Assembly: GCA_044226625.1 (NCBI GenBank)
Contig: JBGAGQ010000014.1
Span: forward strand, 1-64,000
Length of the DNA stretch: 64,000 nt
Reading direction: 5' to 3'
DNA from: Thermoanaerobaculia bacterium
GTDB taxonomy: Bacteria; Acidobacteriota; Thermoanaerobaculia; Multivoradales; UBA5704
In this document: positions 42,070 to 52,606 of the stretch, in pieces
Numbering within the stretch: position 1 is the first letter of the stretch
Layout: every line of letters starts with the position of its first letter
Made by a program: the position numbers and the translations under genes
Notes under the pieces: generated by a model
Databases searched by the model: none
Told to the model about the DNA's origin: nothing
Seen by the model: the letters and a program-made list of their open reading frames with translations, nothing else

Positions 42070-42695
42070 GGCGTTCCGTAAGCCTCGATCGGCCTCTCGG
42101 CCACGAAGTCCCCCGGAGTCGGGCCGCCCCGGGTCCAAACCAGGCCGAGGTCGATCTCCACCGCTTCGAACGGCTCGGCGCGGACGGTCGCGGCCCCTTC
42201 GAAGGTTTCCGAGAGGAGCCAATGAGCGTTGTGAAGTCGGTAGACCTCCAACGTGGCGAGGACGGGATCGAGAATCCAGGCGTGCGGTATTCCCGCGGCG
42301 GCGTAGATCCGGAGCTTCTTGATCCGATCGAAGCGGGCCGTCGACGGCGACAGCAGCTCGCAGATCCAGTCGGGTCGCACGAGGTAGGGACCGTCGGAAG
42401 GGGACGAGAAACGCTCGCGCCGCCACCCGGCGAGGTCGGGGATCAGCAGGTTGGCGCCGAAGCGGATCTCGGGCTCCGCGAGGATCACCCAGCCTCCAGG
42501 TCCGCCCCGGCCGAACCGGAAGGGAGGGAGCAGCAGCCCGGTGAGGGCGGAGGCCGCCTCCACGTGCGGCGCCGCCGGGCGCGGAAAGGCGAACAGCGAG
42601 CCCTCGGCGATCTGCCCCTTCCATCCCGCGGGTAGATCTTCGAGATCGCGCTCCGTCGCCGGCCCGGGCGTGCTCCAGCGGAAAGGCTCGATCAT
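42066..42695 (-). CDS. Uma2 family PD-(D/E)XK endonuclease
   Basis: GGPGGWVILAEPE, PDLAGW, PDWICELLSPST..DR..K..Y, HAWILDP. Confidence 0.9.
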   Translation of the reverse strand: MIEPFRWSTPGPATERDLEDLPAGWKGQIAEGSLFAFPRPAAPHVEAASALTGLLLPPFRFGRGGPGGWVILAEPEIRFGANLLIPDLAGWRRERFSSPSDGPYLVRPDWICELLSPSTARFDRIKKLRIYAAAGIPHAWILDPVLATLEVYRLHNAHWLLSETFEGAATVRAEPFEAVEIDLGLVWTRGGPTPGDFVAERPIEAYGTP

Positions 42696-42814
42696 GAAGG
42701 GCGAGAATAACGCGATCCTCCCGGAGGAGGGAGCGTTCGGTTTGGATAGACTCCCCGGTCTTTCCGGGGGCTCGCCCCGGCTCAATCCCTCAGACGCGAT
42801 TTCGAGGTCACGCC

Positions 42815-44041
42815 ATGCGCCGTTCGATCCCGCTCTTAGCGATGCTGTTCGCCGCCGTTCCCGTCCTGGGGATTCAGGGCCTTCCGGCCTATCTCACGTT
42901 TCCTCCTGGCGTGGTCCTCTACGACACGGGAAGCCTGACCGTCGAGGACGTCGCGGAGGCGGAATTTCCTGTCGCGGAGGGCAAGACGGTCACGCAGAAA
43001 GGGAAGCACTACCGAACGTACCTCAAATTCGGCCCGGAGGACCTCTATCGCCCGGCCGCACGGACCTGGAAGGAGTGGCAGCCCGCGCTCGTCGCCTCGG
43101 GCTGGGTCGTCAAAGGCACCGATGGAGGGACGGGCTATACCCTGGTGCGGAAAGCGGGGGCGGTCGAAAGTTGGCTCAAGGTCGCGCTCGGCGACTACGA
43201 CAGCCCGTTGATCGAGCTGATCGAGAAGGGCGGTGCGGCCGCGATGGTCACCCTCGTCGCGCCCAGACCGCAGCCGGAGAAAATCGGCCCGAAAGACGAC
43301 TTCCCGTACTTCGGCCGACCGGCGGGTGCGGAGATCTCCGGTACGTCGAACGTCAACGAGCCGTTGAACGTCACGGTCGGCGGGATCGATCGAGAGACGA
43401 TGTTGGTGGGGTCGGGGTACGTTGTCAAGACGTACACGCCCCCCGCGTCGCTCTCGCGATTCGAGTTCGAATCGACCTATCGCGAGGCGCTCTCCAAGGC
43501 GGGCTGGACCGTCAAGCCGATCACCCCGGGGACGAAGATCGGCGACGGCGGGGAGATCGTCGCTCACTACGTGGAGAACGGGCGCAACCTCTGGCTGACC
43601 GCGGGGCGCGGTGCGGACAACGGCAATACGGGTCTCGCCGTCAAGGTCGCCGACCTCGGCGCGGAGGATTGGGGCAAGCGCCTCGACACCGGCTGCCGGC
43701 TCACGCTTTCAGGGGTCACCTTCGACTTCAACAAGGACACCCTGCGCCCGGACTCGATCGCTCTGCTCGAAAAGGCGAAAGAGGTCCTCGCGGCGCGCCC
43801 GGCGCTATCGGTCGAAGTTCAAGGGCACACCGACAACGTCGGCGGCGACGAGGCGAATCAGAAGCTTTCGGCCGCCCGCGCGGAAGCCGTTCGAAAGTGG
43901 CTCGTGGCGCACGGGATCGACGCCGCGCGCCTTTCGGCCCGGGGGTACGGCAAGACCGCTCCGATCGCCGACAACGGAACGGACGCCGGCCGGGCGAAGA
44001 ACCGCCGGGTCGACCTCGTTCGCGCCGGATGCAAGGGGTGA
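42815..44041 (+). CDS. Exported OmpA-family peptidoglycan-binding protein
   Basis: Signal peptide; FDFNKDTL, VQGHTDNVG, NQKLSAARAEAV, GRAKNRRV. Confidence 0.9.
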   Translation: MRRSIPLLAMLFAAVPVLGIQGLPAYLTFPPGVVLYDTGSLTVEDVAEAEFPVAEGKTVTQKGKHYRTYLKFGPEDLYRPAARTWKEWQPALVASGWVVKGTDGGTGYTLVRKAGAVESWLKVALGDYDSPLIELIEKGGAAAMVTLVAPRPQPEKIGPKDDFPYFGRPAGAEISGTSNVNEPLNVTVGGIDRETMLVGSGYVVKTYTPPASLSRFEFESTYREALSKAGWTVKPITPGTKIGDGGEIVAHYVENGRNLWLTAGRGADNGNTGLAVKVADLGAEDWGKRLDTGCRLTLSGVTFDFNKDTLRPDSIALLEKAKEVLAARPALSVEVQGHTDNVGGDEANQKLSAARAEAVRKWLVAHGIDAARLSARGYGKTAPIADNGTDAGRAKNRRVDLVRAGCKG

Positions 44042-44048
44042 AGCGGGC

Positions 44049-45674
44049 CTACCGCCCCTCGATCGCGAGCGCCACCGCCTCGGCGACCCGGATTCCGTCG
44101 ATCGCCGCGGAGAGGATGCCGCCCGCGAAGCCCGCCCCCTCGCCCGCCGGATAGAGGCCCGGTGTGCCGCGGCTCTGATAATCCTCGCCGCGGGGGATCC
44201 GGATGGGTGAGGAGGTGCGGGTCTCGACCCCCGTGAGCAGCGCGTCGGGCATCGCGAAACCACGGATCGTCCGGTCGAACGCAGGGAGCGCCTCGCGGAT
44301 TGCCTCGATCGCGAACCCCGGGAGGCTTGCCGAGAGGTCGCCGAGCCGGACCCCCGGGCGGTACGAGGGAAGGACCGAGCCGAAGCTCGTGGACGTGGCG
44401 CCGGACAGGAAATCCCCCAGAAGCTGGCCGGGGGCCTCGTAACCCCGTCCGCCGAGGTCGAAAGCGGTCTCCTCCCACCGGCGCTGGAAATCGACGCCGG
44501 CGAGCGGCCCGTCGGGATAGTCCACGGGGTCGATGCCCACCACGATCCCCGCGTTGGCGTTCGGCTCCGCCCGGTTGTACTGGCTCATACCGTTGGTCAC
44601 GACCCGGCCGGTCTCCGACGCGGCGGCGACCACCGTTCCCCCCGGGCACATGCAGAAGCTGTAGACCGAGCGGCCGTTCTTCGCGTGGTGGACTAGCTTG
44701 TAATCGGCCGCCCCGAGGATCGGGTGCCCCGCTTGCGGACCGTAGCGGCAGCGGTCGATCAACGACTGGGGGTGCTCGATCCGGAAGCCCACGGAGAACG
44801 GCTTCGCCTCGATCTCGATCCCTCGGTCGTGGAGCATTCGGAACGTGTCGCGAGCGCTGTGGCCGACCGCGAGGACGAGCCGGTCGGTCTCGATCTCCTC
44901 GCCTGAGGCGAGCCGCACGCCGCGCACCTTTTTCGGCCGGCCCGCCTCTCCCTCGTCGAGCAGCAGGTCTTCGACGCGGGATCGGAAGCGGATCTCGCCG
45001 CCCAGCGATTCGATCTTCGCCCGCAGGCTCTCGACCACCTTGACCAGGCGGAACGTGCCGATGTGCGGTTTCGCGACGTAGAGGATCTCCTCCGGCGCGC
45101 CGGCCGCGACGAACTCCTCCACCACCTTCCGCCCGCGGTGCCCCGGGTCCTTCACTTGGCTATATAGCTTGCCGTCCGAGAACGTGCCCGCCCCGCCCTC
45201 GCCGAACTGGACGTTCGATTCCGGATCGAGGCGGCCGCGGCGCCAGAACCCGAACGTGTCGACGGTCCGCTCGCGGACCTGTTTTCCCCGTTCGAGCAGG
45301 AGAGGCCGAAAGCCCATCTCGGCGAGCAGCAGCCCTGCGAACAGCCCGCACGGCCCGGTGCCTATGACGATGGGGCGCAGATCCGGGGTGCGGGTCGCGC
45401 GCACGGGAAATCGATAGGTCGTGTCCGGCCGCGGGCCGATCTTTCCGTCGGGCCGCCGGCCGGCGCGGGCAAGGATTTCCGCCTCGCGCGGGCTTTCGAC
45501 GTCGAGTTGGTAGATGAGCGCGATCTTCCCGCGCACTCGGGCGTCGAAGCTCCGCTTGGCGACGTGGAGCGCGACGAGGTCGTCGCGGCCGATCCGCAGC
45601 TCCCGGAGCGCGGCGGCGCGCAGGTCGGCCTCGGTGTGGTCGAGCGGGAGCTTGATCTCGGAGAGGCGAATCAT
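44049..45674 (-). CDS. NAD(P)/FAD-dependent oxidoreductase (uncharacterised FAD dehydrogenase family)
   Basis: GTGPCG, FGEGGAGTFSDGKL, FCMCPGG, ETRTSSP, GEGAGFAGGI. Confidence 0.9.
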   Translation of the reverse strand: MIRLSEIKLPLDHTEADLRAAALRELRIGRDDLVALHVAKRSFDARVRGKIALIYQLDVESPREAEILARAGRRPDGKIGPRPDTTYRFPVRATRTPDLRPIVIGTGPCGLFAGLLLAEMGFRPLLLERGKQVRERTVDTFGFWRRGRLDPESNVQFGEGGAGTFSDGKLYSQVKDPGHRGRKVVEEFVAAGAPEEILYVAKPHIGTFRLVKVVESLRAKIESLGGEIRFRSRVEDLLLDEGEAGRPKKVRGVRLASGEEIETDRLVLAVGHSARDTFRMLHDRGIEIEAKPFSVGFRIEHPQSLIDRCRYGPQAGHPILGAADYKLVHHAKNGRSVYSFCMCPGGTVVAAASETGRVVTNGMSQYNRAEPNANAGIVVGIDPVDYPDGPLAGVDFQRRWEETAFDLGGRGYEAPGQLLGDFLSGATSTSFGSVLPSYRPGVRLGDLSASLPGFAIEAIREALPAFDRTIRGFAMPDALLTGVETRTSSPIRIPRGEDYQSRGTPGLYPAGEGAGFAGGILSAAIDGIRVAEAVALAIEGR

Positions 45675-45836
45675 GGGGGGCGTTCCGTTTCCGGCCGTGT
45701 CGCCGGCGGGCGGGAGAGCTTATCGCCGGTCGGTCGTTCTCGAGAGCGCCTAGGAGCCCCGAGGCGAAACCCGAACGACGGAAAGACGTACATGCAAGGG
45801 CGCCCGATCTGGCGCTCGCCCTGCCTGGAGATTCTC

Positions 45837-47612
45837 ATGATCCGACGTTTGTTCGCCACCACCACCGTCTTCCTCGTCGCCAGCACGGCGTTCGCTTCGC
45901 CGGCCGATCTCGATACCCGCCGCAAGGCGCTCGACGCCCTGCTCGCGGAACAGTGGGAAGAGACCTTGAAGCTCAACCCGGAGTTCGCCTCGATCCTTGG
46001 CGACAAGCGCTACAACGACCGGCTGAGCGACCGTTCGCCCGCCGCGATCGACGACGGCTACCGCCGGGCCGAGGCGTGGAAGAAGCGGTTCGAGGCGATC
46101 GACACGACTGGCTTCCCGGAGCAGGAGGCGCTCAACAAGACGCTCATGCTGCGCGACCTCGACGAGTTGCTCGCGAACCGCAAGTTCAAGAACTGGGAGA
46201 TGCCGGTGACCCAGTTCTACGGCATCCACATCCAGGCGCCGTCGTTCGTCCAGTACCTGTCGTTCGAAACGGTGAAGGATTACGAGGACTACATCGCGCG
46301 CCTCGATCAGTTTCCGCGCGTGTTCGGCGAGACCACCGCCCTGATGCGTCAGGGGATGGCGGACCGGCTGATGCCGCCGAAAATCTTGCTCGAGAAGGTA
46401 GCAGTCCAAGCCCAAGGGATCGCCGGACAGAAGGCGGAGGAGACACCGTTCGCCCATCCCTTCGAGAAATTCCCCGAGGCGATCTCCGCGGTCGACCAGA
46501 AGCGACTGAAAGAGAAAGGGCTGGCCGCGATCCGCGGCAAGGTTCTGCCCGCCTACGTCAAGTTCACGGCCTTCGTGCGCGACGAGTACGTGCCCAAGGG
46601 GCGCAGGGAGCCGGGAGTTTGGGCTCTGCCGGACGGCGAGGCTCGCTACGCCGCCCTGGTCAAATCGTCGACGACGACCGACATGACCCCGGAGGCGATC
46701 CACCAGCTTGGCCTGTCGGAAGTCGCGCGGATCGAAGGGGAGATGCAGAAGATTGCCGTCCGCCTGGGCTACAAGGATTGGAAGGCGCTGAGCGCGGCTA
46801 TTGAGGCGAACCCGGAGCTGCACGCCCAGTCCGCCCAGCAGATCGTCGACCTCTACTCGAAGTACATCGCCCAGATGAACGAGAAGCTGCCGCAGCTCTT
46901 CGGCCTCCTGCCCAAGGCGAAGTGCATCGTCAAGCCGATCGAGCCGTTCCGCGAAAAGGACGCCTCGGGCGCCGAGTACAACCAGGGGACGCCGGACGGC
47001 TCACGCCCGGGCATCGTGATGGTGAACACCTACGAGTACGCGAAGCGGAAGACAATCAACATCGAGACGACCGCCTATCACGAAGGGGTTCCCGGCCATC
47101 ACATGCAGGTCTCGATCGCCCAGGAGCTCCCAGCGCTGCCGCCGTTCCGCCAGCAGGGGGGCAACGTCGCCTACGCCGAAGGCTGGGCGCTCTACTCGGA
47201 GGATCTCGGCGCGGAGGTCGGCTTCTTCCAGGATCCCTACAGCCTCTATGGCCACTACATGGACGAGATGCTGCGGGCGATCCGGCTAGTGGTCGACACG
47301 GGCTTCCACTACAAGCACTGGACCCGCGATCAGGTGGTCCAGTTCTTCCACGATCATTCCGGCATCGACGAGGTCGAGGTGCAGTCGGAAACCGACCGCT
47401 ACATCGCCGTGCCCAGCCAGGCACTCGGCTACAAGATCGGCCAGCTGAAGATCCGCGAGCTACGCGAGCGGGCGAAGCAGGCGCTCGGGCCGAAGTTCGA
47501 CATCCGAGCGTTCCACGATCAGGTCCTCGGCGCGGGCGCCCTGCCGCTCGACGTCCTTTCCAACCGGATCGACTCCTGGGTCGCGAGCGAGAAGGCGAGC
47601 GGCGGAAAGTAG
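45837..47612 (+). CDS. DUF885 family exported metallopeptidase-like protein
   Basis: Signal peptide from ATG 45837; HEGVPGHH, EGWALYSE, RLVVDTG, QALGYKIG. Confidence 0.9.
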   Translation: MIRRLFATTTVFLVASTAFASPADLDTRRKALDALLAEQWEETLKLNPEFASILGDKRYNDRLSDRSPAAIDDGYRRAEAWKKRFEAIDTTGFPEQEALNKTLMLRDLDELLANRKFKNWEMPVTQFYGIHIQAPSFVQYLSFETVKDYEDYIARLDQFPRVFGETTALMRQGMADRLMPPKILLEKVAVQAQGIAGQKAEETPFAHPFEKFPEAISAVDQKRLKEKGLAAIRGKVLPAYVKFTAFVRDEYVPKGRREPGVWALPDGEARYAALVKSSTTTDMTPEAIHQLGLSEVARIEGEMQKIAVRLGYKDWKALSAAIEANPELHAQSAQQIVDLYSKYIAQMNEKLPQLFGLLPKAKCIVKPIEPFREKDASGAEYNQGTPDGSRPGIVMVNTYEYAKRKTINIETTAYHEGVPGHHMQVSIAQELPALPPFRQQGGNVAYAEGWALYSEDLGAEVGFFQDPYSLYGHYMDEMLRAIRLVVDTGFHYKHWTRDQVVQFFHDHSGIDEVEVQSETDRYIAVPSQALGYKIGQLKIRELRERAKQALGPKFDIRAFHDQVLGAGALPLDVLSNRIDSWVASEKASGGK

Positions 47613-47614
47613 AG

Positions 47615-49576
47615 CTATCGGGGTGCCTGTTGCGGACGTTTCGGACGTTGCGCCGGCTCGGTTCCCCGCGGAAGCTCCAGGCGGAGCGCGAGACCGGCGC
47701 TCGACGCGCCTCCCTCGGCTTGCGCGAAGAGCCGGGCGCCGGGCAGCGACGGGTCCGGCGAGACTGATTGAATCGGCCGAACGTCCTGCTCGGGTGCGGC
47801 GACCCGGATTTCGACCGTCCGGCTCTCACCCGGCGCAAGCGGCAGGTCGGCGGGCGCTTCGAGGCACCACGACGACCGGCTCGCGCCGCAGCGGGGGAGC
47901 GCCGCGTTCGGACCGCCGAGCAACGAGAACGAGACGTTCGCCGGGCTCGACCCGGCGTTGTGTACCGTCACCTCGACGCGGCCTTCGCCACCCGGCGGCA
48001 GCGAAAGCTCCGAAGGGTGGATCGCTGCGATTTTGACCTCCGGCCGCAGGTTCACCCGTTCGAGATGCGTGCGGTAGCCGGGGACGATGTCGTACCAGGC
48101 GTCCCAGAGGGAGCCTTCGCAGCCGCCGAGGGTGGCTGTCAGAAATTCGACCGCGGCCTCGGTGAACAGCTCGAACTGCACCTGGGGATCGAGATGGGGC
48201 AGCTCGCGCGGCGCCCCCGTCGCGGGGTCGAGGTCGAACGAGAGGACCTTCTGGTTCGGCGGTCCGTCGCACAGCGCCTTCGACAGGCCGAGCGCCTGGT
48301 TGAATCCGCAGTGGAGCCCCTCGCGGATCACCAGGAACTGGCTCGGGCCGCCGTTCGCTTGAAAGACCTGCTCTGCCCCGTAGGGGGCTTCCCCGCCGTC
48401 GCAGTAACCGTACTCCCAGGACGTGCCGTTGCCGTCGGTGTCCCCTTCCTCCTGCTGGAAGCAGCCGGTCGGCAGGGAGGTCTGGATCGGTCGGCGCTTG
48501 AATCCACCCTGCGTTCCCTCGTCCTGCGCACCGAACGGCCGGGCGGCGCCGTCGTATTCGGCGGCGAGGACCCGCAACGGCTTGTCGACATGTCGCACGA
48601 GGTCGATCGGGTTGGCGAAGACCTGGCCACCGATCTCCGGCGTCCAGATTCGGAAGCCGGTCGGACAGCCCGCGGGTAGGGTGGTCCCGCTCGGGAGCGA
48701 GCACGAGCTCTCGGCGCCGGAGAAAAGCCCGCTCAGGTGGCAGCAGCGGTCCATTGCGTCGGTCGGCCGGGCCTGCCGCGCGCGGCCGTCCGGGCCGATC
48801 ACCGACTCCAGGCAGAGCGGTTGCTGCGGACATTGGCCCTGGTTCGTCGCGGCGGGCGCGGCGACCACCCCGGCCTTGATCCGGGGTTCGAGGCCGAGCA
48901 GTCGCACGGATTCGGTCGCCCCGCGCGAATGGCCGACGACGCCGATCCGGTCCAACGCGACGTGCCCCGCGAGCTTCGACGCCACGGGATCGTTCGGTAA
49001 GAGCCCGGCGTCGGCGCGCTCCAGCCAGCCGATTGCGGCGCGGGCCCGCTCGATCCAGATCGCCTCGTCCCCCGCCGTGCGGGCGAACGACGGGCAGCGC
49101 AGCGCGACGACCAGGAAGCCCTCGTGCGCGAGCCGCCGGAGGAGCCCCTCGTAGAGCAGGACGGGAGCGTTGTTGCCGTGGGAGAACAGGACGACCGGAA
49201 AACGTCCCGTAGGCAGATCGGATGAACCACGCTTGGTGGTCGGATAGATCACGACGGTACGGGCCGCACCCGCGGGCGCCGCGCACTCGGCCCCAGGCTC
49301 GAACAACCCGCCGAGCTTCGTGCAGCCGGAGGGTTCGGGCTTTATCGCTTCGATCGGTGACGGGACGGCCACCTTCGGCTCGTCGATCGCGACGTCCATC
49401 AGCCCTGACGTCGCGTCGTACGGCCGCGTCTCACAAGGCGACCGCGGTATCTCGATCTCGTGACGGCCTCCCCCCGCGCAGCCGAGGACCAAGCTGGTGA
49501 TACCGAACAGCGCGAGGGGGCGAACGATCGATGGCCTGTTGTGGGTCCTGCATCGGAGCGGAGGCGCCGGTTGCAC
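47615..49576 (-). CDS. Cys-rich alpha/beta hydrolase lipoprotein (chlorophyllase/cutinase-like) with C-terminal Ig-like domain
   Basis: Lipobox-like VLGC; PVVLFSHG, LAHEGFLV, GHSRG nucleophile elbow; start codon uncertain. Confidence 0.7.
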   Translation of the reverse strand: MQPAPPLRCRTHNRPSIVRPLALFGITSLVLGCAGGGRHEIEIPRSPCETRPYDATSGLMDVAIDEPKVAVPSPIEAIKPEPSGCTKLGGLFEPGAECAAPAGAARTVVIYPTTKRGSSDLPTGRFPVVLFSHGNNAPVLLYEGLLRRLAHEGFLVVALRCPSFARTAGDEAIWIERARAAIGWLERADAGLLPNDPVASKLAGHVALDRIGVVGHSRGATESVRLLGLEPRIKAGVVAAPAATNQGQCPQQPLCLESVIGPDGRARQARPTDAMDRCCHLSGLFSGAESSCSLPSGTTLPAGCPTGFRIWTPEIGGQVFANPIDLVRHVDKPLRVLAAEYDGAARPFGAQDEGTQGGFKRRPIQTSLPTGCFQQEEGDTDGNGTSWEYGYCDGGEAPYGAEQVFQANGGPSQFLVIREGLHCGFNQALGLSKALCDGPPNQKVLSFDLDPATGAPRELPHLDPQVQFELFTEAAVEFLTATLGGCEGSLWDAWYDIVPGYRTHLERVNLRPEVKIAAIHPSELSLPPGGEGRVEVTVHNAGSSPANVSFSLLGGPNAALPRCGASRSSWCLEAPADLPLAPGESRTVEIRVAAPEQDVRPIQSVSPDPSLPGARLFAQAEGGASSAGLALRLELPRGTEPAQRPKRPQQAPR

Positions 49577-49612
49577 CGGCTGCCCCCGCTCCTTGGAGAG
49601 GGTCTTCGAGGC

Positions 49613-52606
49613 TTAGAACAGCACCCGCACGCCGATCTGCGCCTGGCGCGGCTCGCCCGCTCCGCTCTGGACCGTGCCGTCGAAGTTGAAGATCAGGCTG
49701 GTCACCTCGGGGCGTCGGAAGTTCGCGCTATTGAAGACGTTGAACACGTCGATCGCCGGCTGGATCGTCAGGTTGCCGACCTTGAAGTCGCGCGAGATCC
49801 GGAAGTCGAGCGCGTTGAACGCGTTGTCCTTCCGGCCCAGGTTCCGGCGCGTGACCGTGCCGTCCGGGTTGATCCGGTCCTGCGGCGTGTTGGCGTCGCG
49901 CCCGTCGCGGGTGATCGACTTCGGTTGCGCCGAGCGGTAGGAGTAACGGAAGTTGACGTCGAAACCGTGAGGGGCCTGCCAGAGCAGCCAGGCGTTCACC
50001 CGGTGGCGCTGGTCGCGGTCGGAGTAGGAGTACTCCTTCTCGAGGTTGGTGACCTTCGCGTAACGGAACGAGAACGGATCGCGCTCGTTGTCGTCGTCGG
50101 AGAGGTCGCGCGACCAGGTGTAGTAGACCTGGAACTGCGTGCCGTTCGACGGCTTCTTGGTGAGGCCCAAGGTGACCCCGTTGTAGAGGCTCTTCGCGCT
50201 CGACTGAACCACCGTGAGCGTGTTGATGCCGTTCGCGCCGCCCGGCGCCAGGCCGGTGCTCCAGGGCGAGCCGAGCAGGGGATCGTTGGCGTTGATGAAG
50301 CGCGTGATGTGCTCACCCTTGGCGTAGTTGTACTTGACCAGGACGCCCAGGGTCGCGCCGATCTCGCGCTCGTACGAGACGCTCGCCTGGGTCGTGCGCG
50401 GGTTCTTGAAATCCTTGTCGAAGACGAAGACGTCGGGCAGGAACGGCGCGCCGATCTCGGAGGCAGGGATCAGGTTCGGGTAGGCCGGAACCGGCCCGAG
50501 CACGCCGGTGAGCGCGCTGTTTCGGAAGATCGTTTGGCCGATGCTGCCGTTGGTCGATCGCGACGAGGCGAGAGAGAGCCCGGGGACCCGGGCGTAGAAG
50601 ATACCGCCGTTGACCCGTACGACCGACTTGCCGTCGTTGTTCGGATCCCAGGTGAGCCCGAGCCGCGGCTGCCACATCGAGTAGTCGCTCGGAATCTTCC
50701 CATCGGACGGGAAGGTCTGCGGTCCCGCCGCGGTCGTGACCGTCTTGCCGATGAACGGCGCGAAGAACACCTCGGACGGGGGCGTGCGCGGATCGGGCTG
50801 GATCTGCGCCTCCCAGCGGAGGCCCGCCTGGATCGTCAAGTTCGACCGCGGCTGCCACTTGTCCTGGAGGAAGGCGGCCGGCTCCTTCTGGCGGATCTTC
50901 TGCCGCCCCGACTCCTCGACCGTTCGGCCGCCGACGCCCGCCTGCTGGAGGTAGAGGAGGACCGGGCCGGTGATCGAGGTCCCCGGCGGGCAGACGCCGA
51001 CCTGCGAGGTCGAGCCGTCGGAACACTCGACGTAGTGCGAGTTCCGTACGTAATTGAGGAACCCGTCGGTCGAGCTGAAAATGAATCGGCCGTTGCCGAA
51101 GCCGACGAACGTCTGTGCCGAGACGACGTCGTTGTATTCGACGCCCAGCTTGATCGAATGATCTTTCCGGAGCAGCGAGAGGTTGTCGTTGAACTGATAC
51201 CGCTCGTCGTAGTACTCGACCGGGATGAAGAACGGCTCGCCGAAACGATAGTTCTTGCCGAAGTCGAACGCCGTGTCGGGGAGCGGCCGGTTCTGGCCGG
51301 TGACGTTCGGACCCTCGTACGGCCGCGGCCGGTTCTCTCGGGCGAACTGGAACCGTAGCTCATTCAAGAGCGAGGACGATACGGTCGAGATCAAGCTGCC
51401 GGTGAGCGAGCGGGAGTCGTCCTTTTCATTGGCGTTCGCGCTGCGCCCCCAGGAGTCGACGTCGAAGGTGCCGTTCTTCTGCTCGGACTTCGTGTAGTTC
51501 AGGCGGATCGTCGCGAGGTTCGACTCGGTGGCCTGCCAGTCGAGCTTGGCGAGGGCGACGAGCGCGTCGTTGGAGCGGTCGATCGGACCGTTTTCGTCCG
51601 GGCTTCCGAGGCTGGCGAGTACGGCGACCACGCGCGGATCGATTCGGTTCGGATCGGTCTGCTTGGTCGAATCCCCCTTCTGCGAATCGAGGGCGAGGAA
51701 GTAGAACAGGTTGTCCTTGCGCAGCGGTCCTCCGAGCGTGAAGCCGCCTTGCGTCTGCGTCGAATCGAATTTCTTCGCGCGCGTGCCGTCGGGATTTTCG
51801 GCGCGCGAGGAGAACGCGTCGTCCTTGTAGAACAGGTGAGCCGTTCCGCTTCGGACGTTGGTGCCCGACTTGGTGACGACGTTGACGAACCCGGAGGCCG
51901 AGCGGCCGAACTCTGCGTTCGCGCCGTCGGCCACCACCACGACCTCCTGGACCGCGTCGAGGTTGAAGGTGAACGCCGGCCGTTGGCCGCCACGCTGCTC
52001 GCCGAAGAACGGATTGTTGAAGTCCGCGCCGTCGACCGAGACGTTGTTGCTGATCCCCTTCTGGCCGTTGATCGAAAGCTCGTCGCCATCCGGCCCCTGG
52101 ACGATCGTGACGCCCGGGGTGAGCTTCGTGTAATCGAGGAAGTTGCGGCCGTTGTTCGGCAGGTTCTCGATCGAGGCGACGTCGATGCGCGTCGTCCCCT
52201 CGGTGCGCGTGGTCTCGACCACCGGCGCGTCGGCGGTGACCAGGATCTGGTCTTCGACCGCGGAAACCTTCATGTCGAAGGTCAGGCTCACGGTCTGGCC
52301 GACGGCGAGGTCGATTCCTTCGCGCACCAGGGTCGAAAAACCCTGGAGCGCCGCGGTGATTCGGTAGGGTCCGAGCGGCAGCAGCACGCCGCGGAAACGT
52401 CCGTCCTCGTCCGAAGAAGTCACCTTCTCGAAGTTGGTCGCCGTGTTTTGCAGCGTGACCGTAACCCCGGAAAGCGGCGCGCCGCTCTCGTCGGCGATCC
52501 GCCCTTCGATGACGCCCGTGGTGGCCTGCGATTGCGCGTAGACGCCGGTCGCGAGCGCGAGCAGCAGCGCAAGGCAGACGAGGGGCGCGCGGTGGATTTT
52601 GCGCAT
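49613..52606 (-). CDS. TonB-dependent receptor (Oar/Acidobacteria type) with carboxypeptidase-regulatory N-domain
   Basis: Signal peptide, LPNNGRNF, AEFGRSASG..NVVTKSGTN, GFTLGGPL, PRLG, C-terminal PRQAQIGVRVLF. Confidence 0.93.
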   Translation of the reverse strand: MRKIHRAPLVCLALLLALATGVYAQSQATTGVIEGRIADESGAPLSGVTVTLQNTATNFEKVTSSDEDGRFRGVLLPLGPYRITAALQGFSTLVREGIDLAVGQTVSLTFDMKVSAVEDQILVTADAPVVETTRTEGTTRIDVASIENLPNNGRNFLDYTKLTPGVTIVQGPDGDELSINGQKGISNNVSVDGADFNNPFFGEQRGGQRPAFTFNLDAVQEVVVVADGANAEFGRSASGFVNVVTKSGTNVRSGTAHLFYKDDAFSSRAENPDGTRAKKFDSTQTQGGFTLGGPLRKDNLFYFLALDSQKGDSTKQTDPNRIDPRVVAVLASLGSPDENGPIDRSNDALVALAKLDWQATESNLATIRLNYTKSEQKNGTFDVDSWGRSANANEKDDSRSLTGSLISTVSSSLLNELRFQFARENRPRPYEGPNVTGQNRPLPDTAFDFGKNYRFGEPFFIPVEYYDERYQFNDNLSLLRKDHSIKLGVEYNDVVSAQTFVGFGNGRFIFSSTDGFLNYVRNSHYVECSDGSTSQVGVCPPGTSITGPVLLYLQQAGVGGRTVEESGRQKIRQKEPAAFLQDKWQPRSNLTIQAGLRWEAQIQPDPRTPPSEVFFAPFIGKTVTTAAGPQTFPSDGKIPSDYSMWQPRLGLTWDPNNDGKSVVRVNGGIFYARVPGLSLASSRSTNGSIGQTIFRNSALTGVLGPVPAYPNLIPASEIGAPFLPDVFVFDKDFKNPRTTQASVSYEREIGATLGVLVKYNYAKGEHITRFINANDPLLGSPWSTGLAPGGANGINTLTVVQSSAKSLYNGVTLGLTKKPSNGTQFQVYYTWSRDLSDDDNERDPFSFRYAKVTNLEKEYSYSDRDQRHRVNAWLLWQAPHGFDVNFRYSYRSAQPKSITRDGRDANTPQDRINPDGTVTRRNLGRKDNAFNALDFRISRDFKVGNLTIQPAIDVFNVFNSANFRRPEVTSLIFNFDGTVQSGAGEPRQAQIGVRVLF

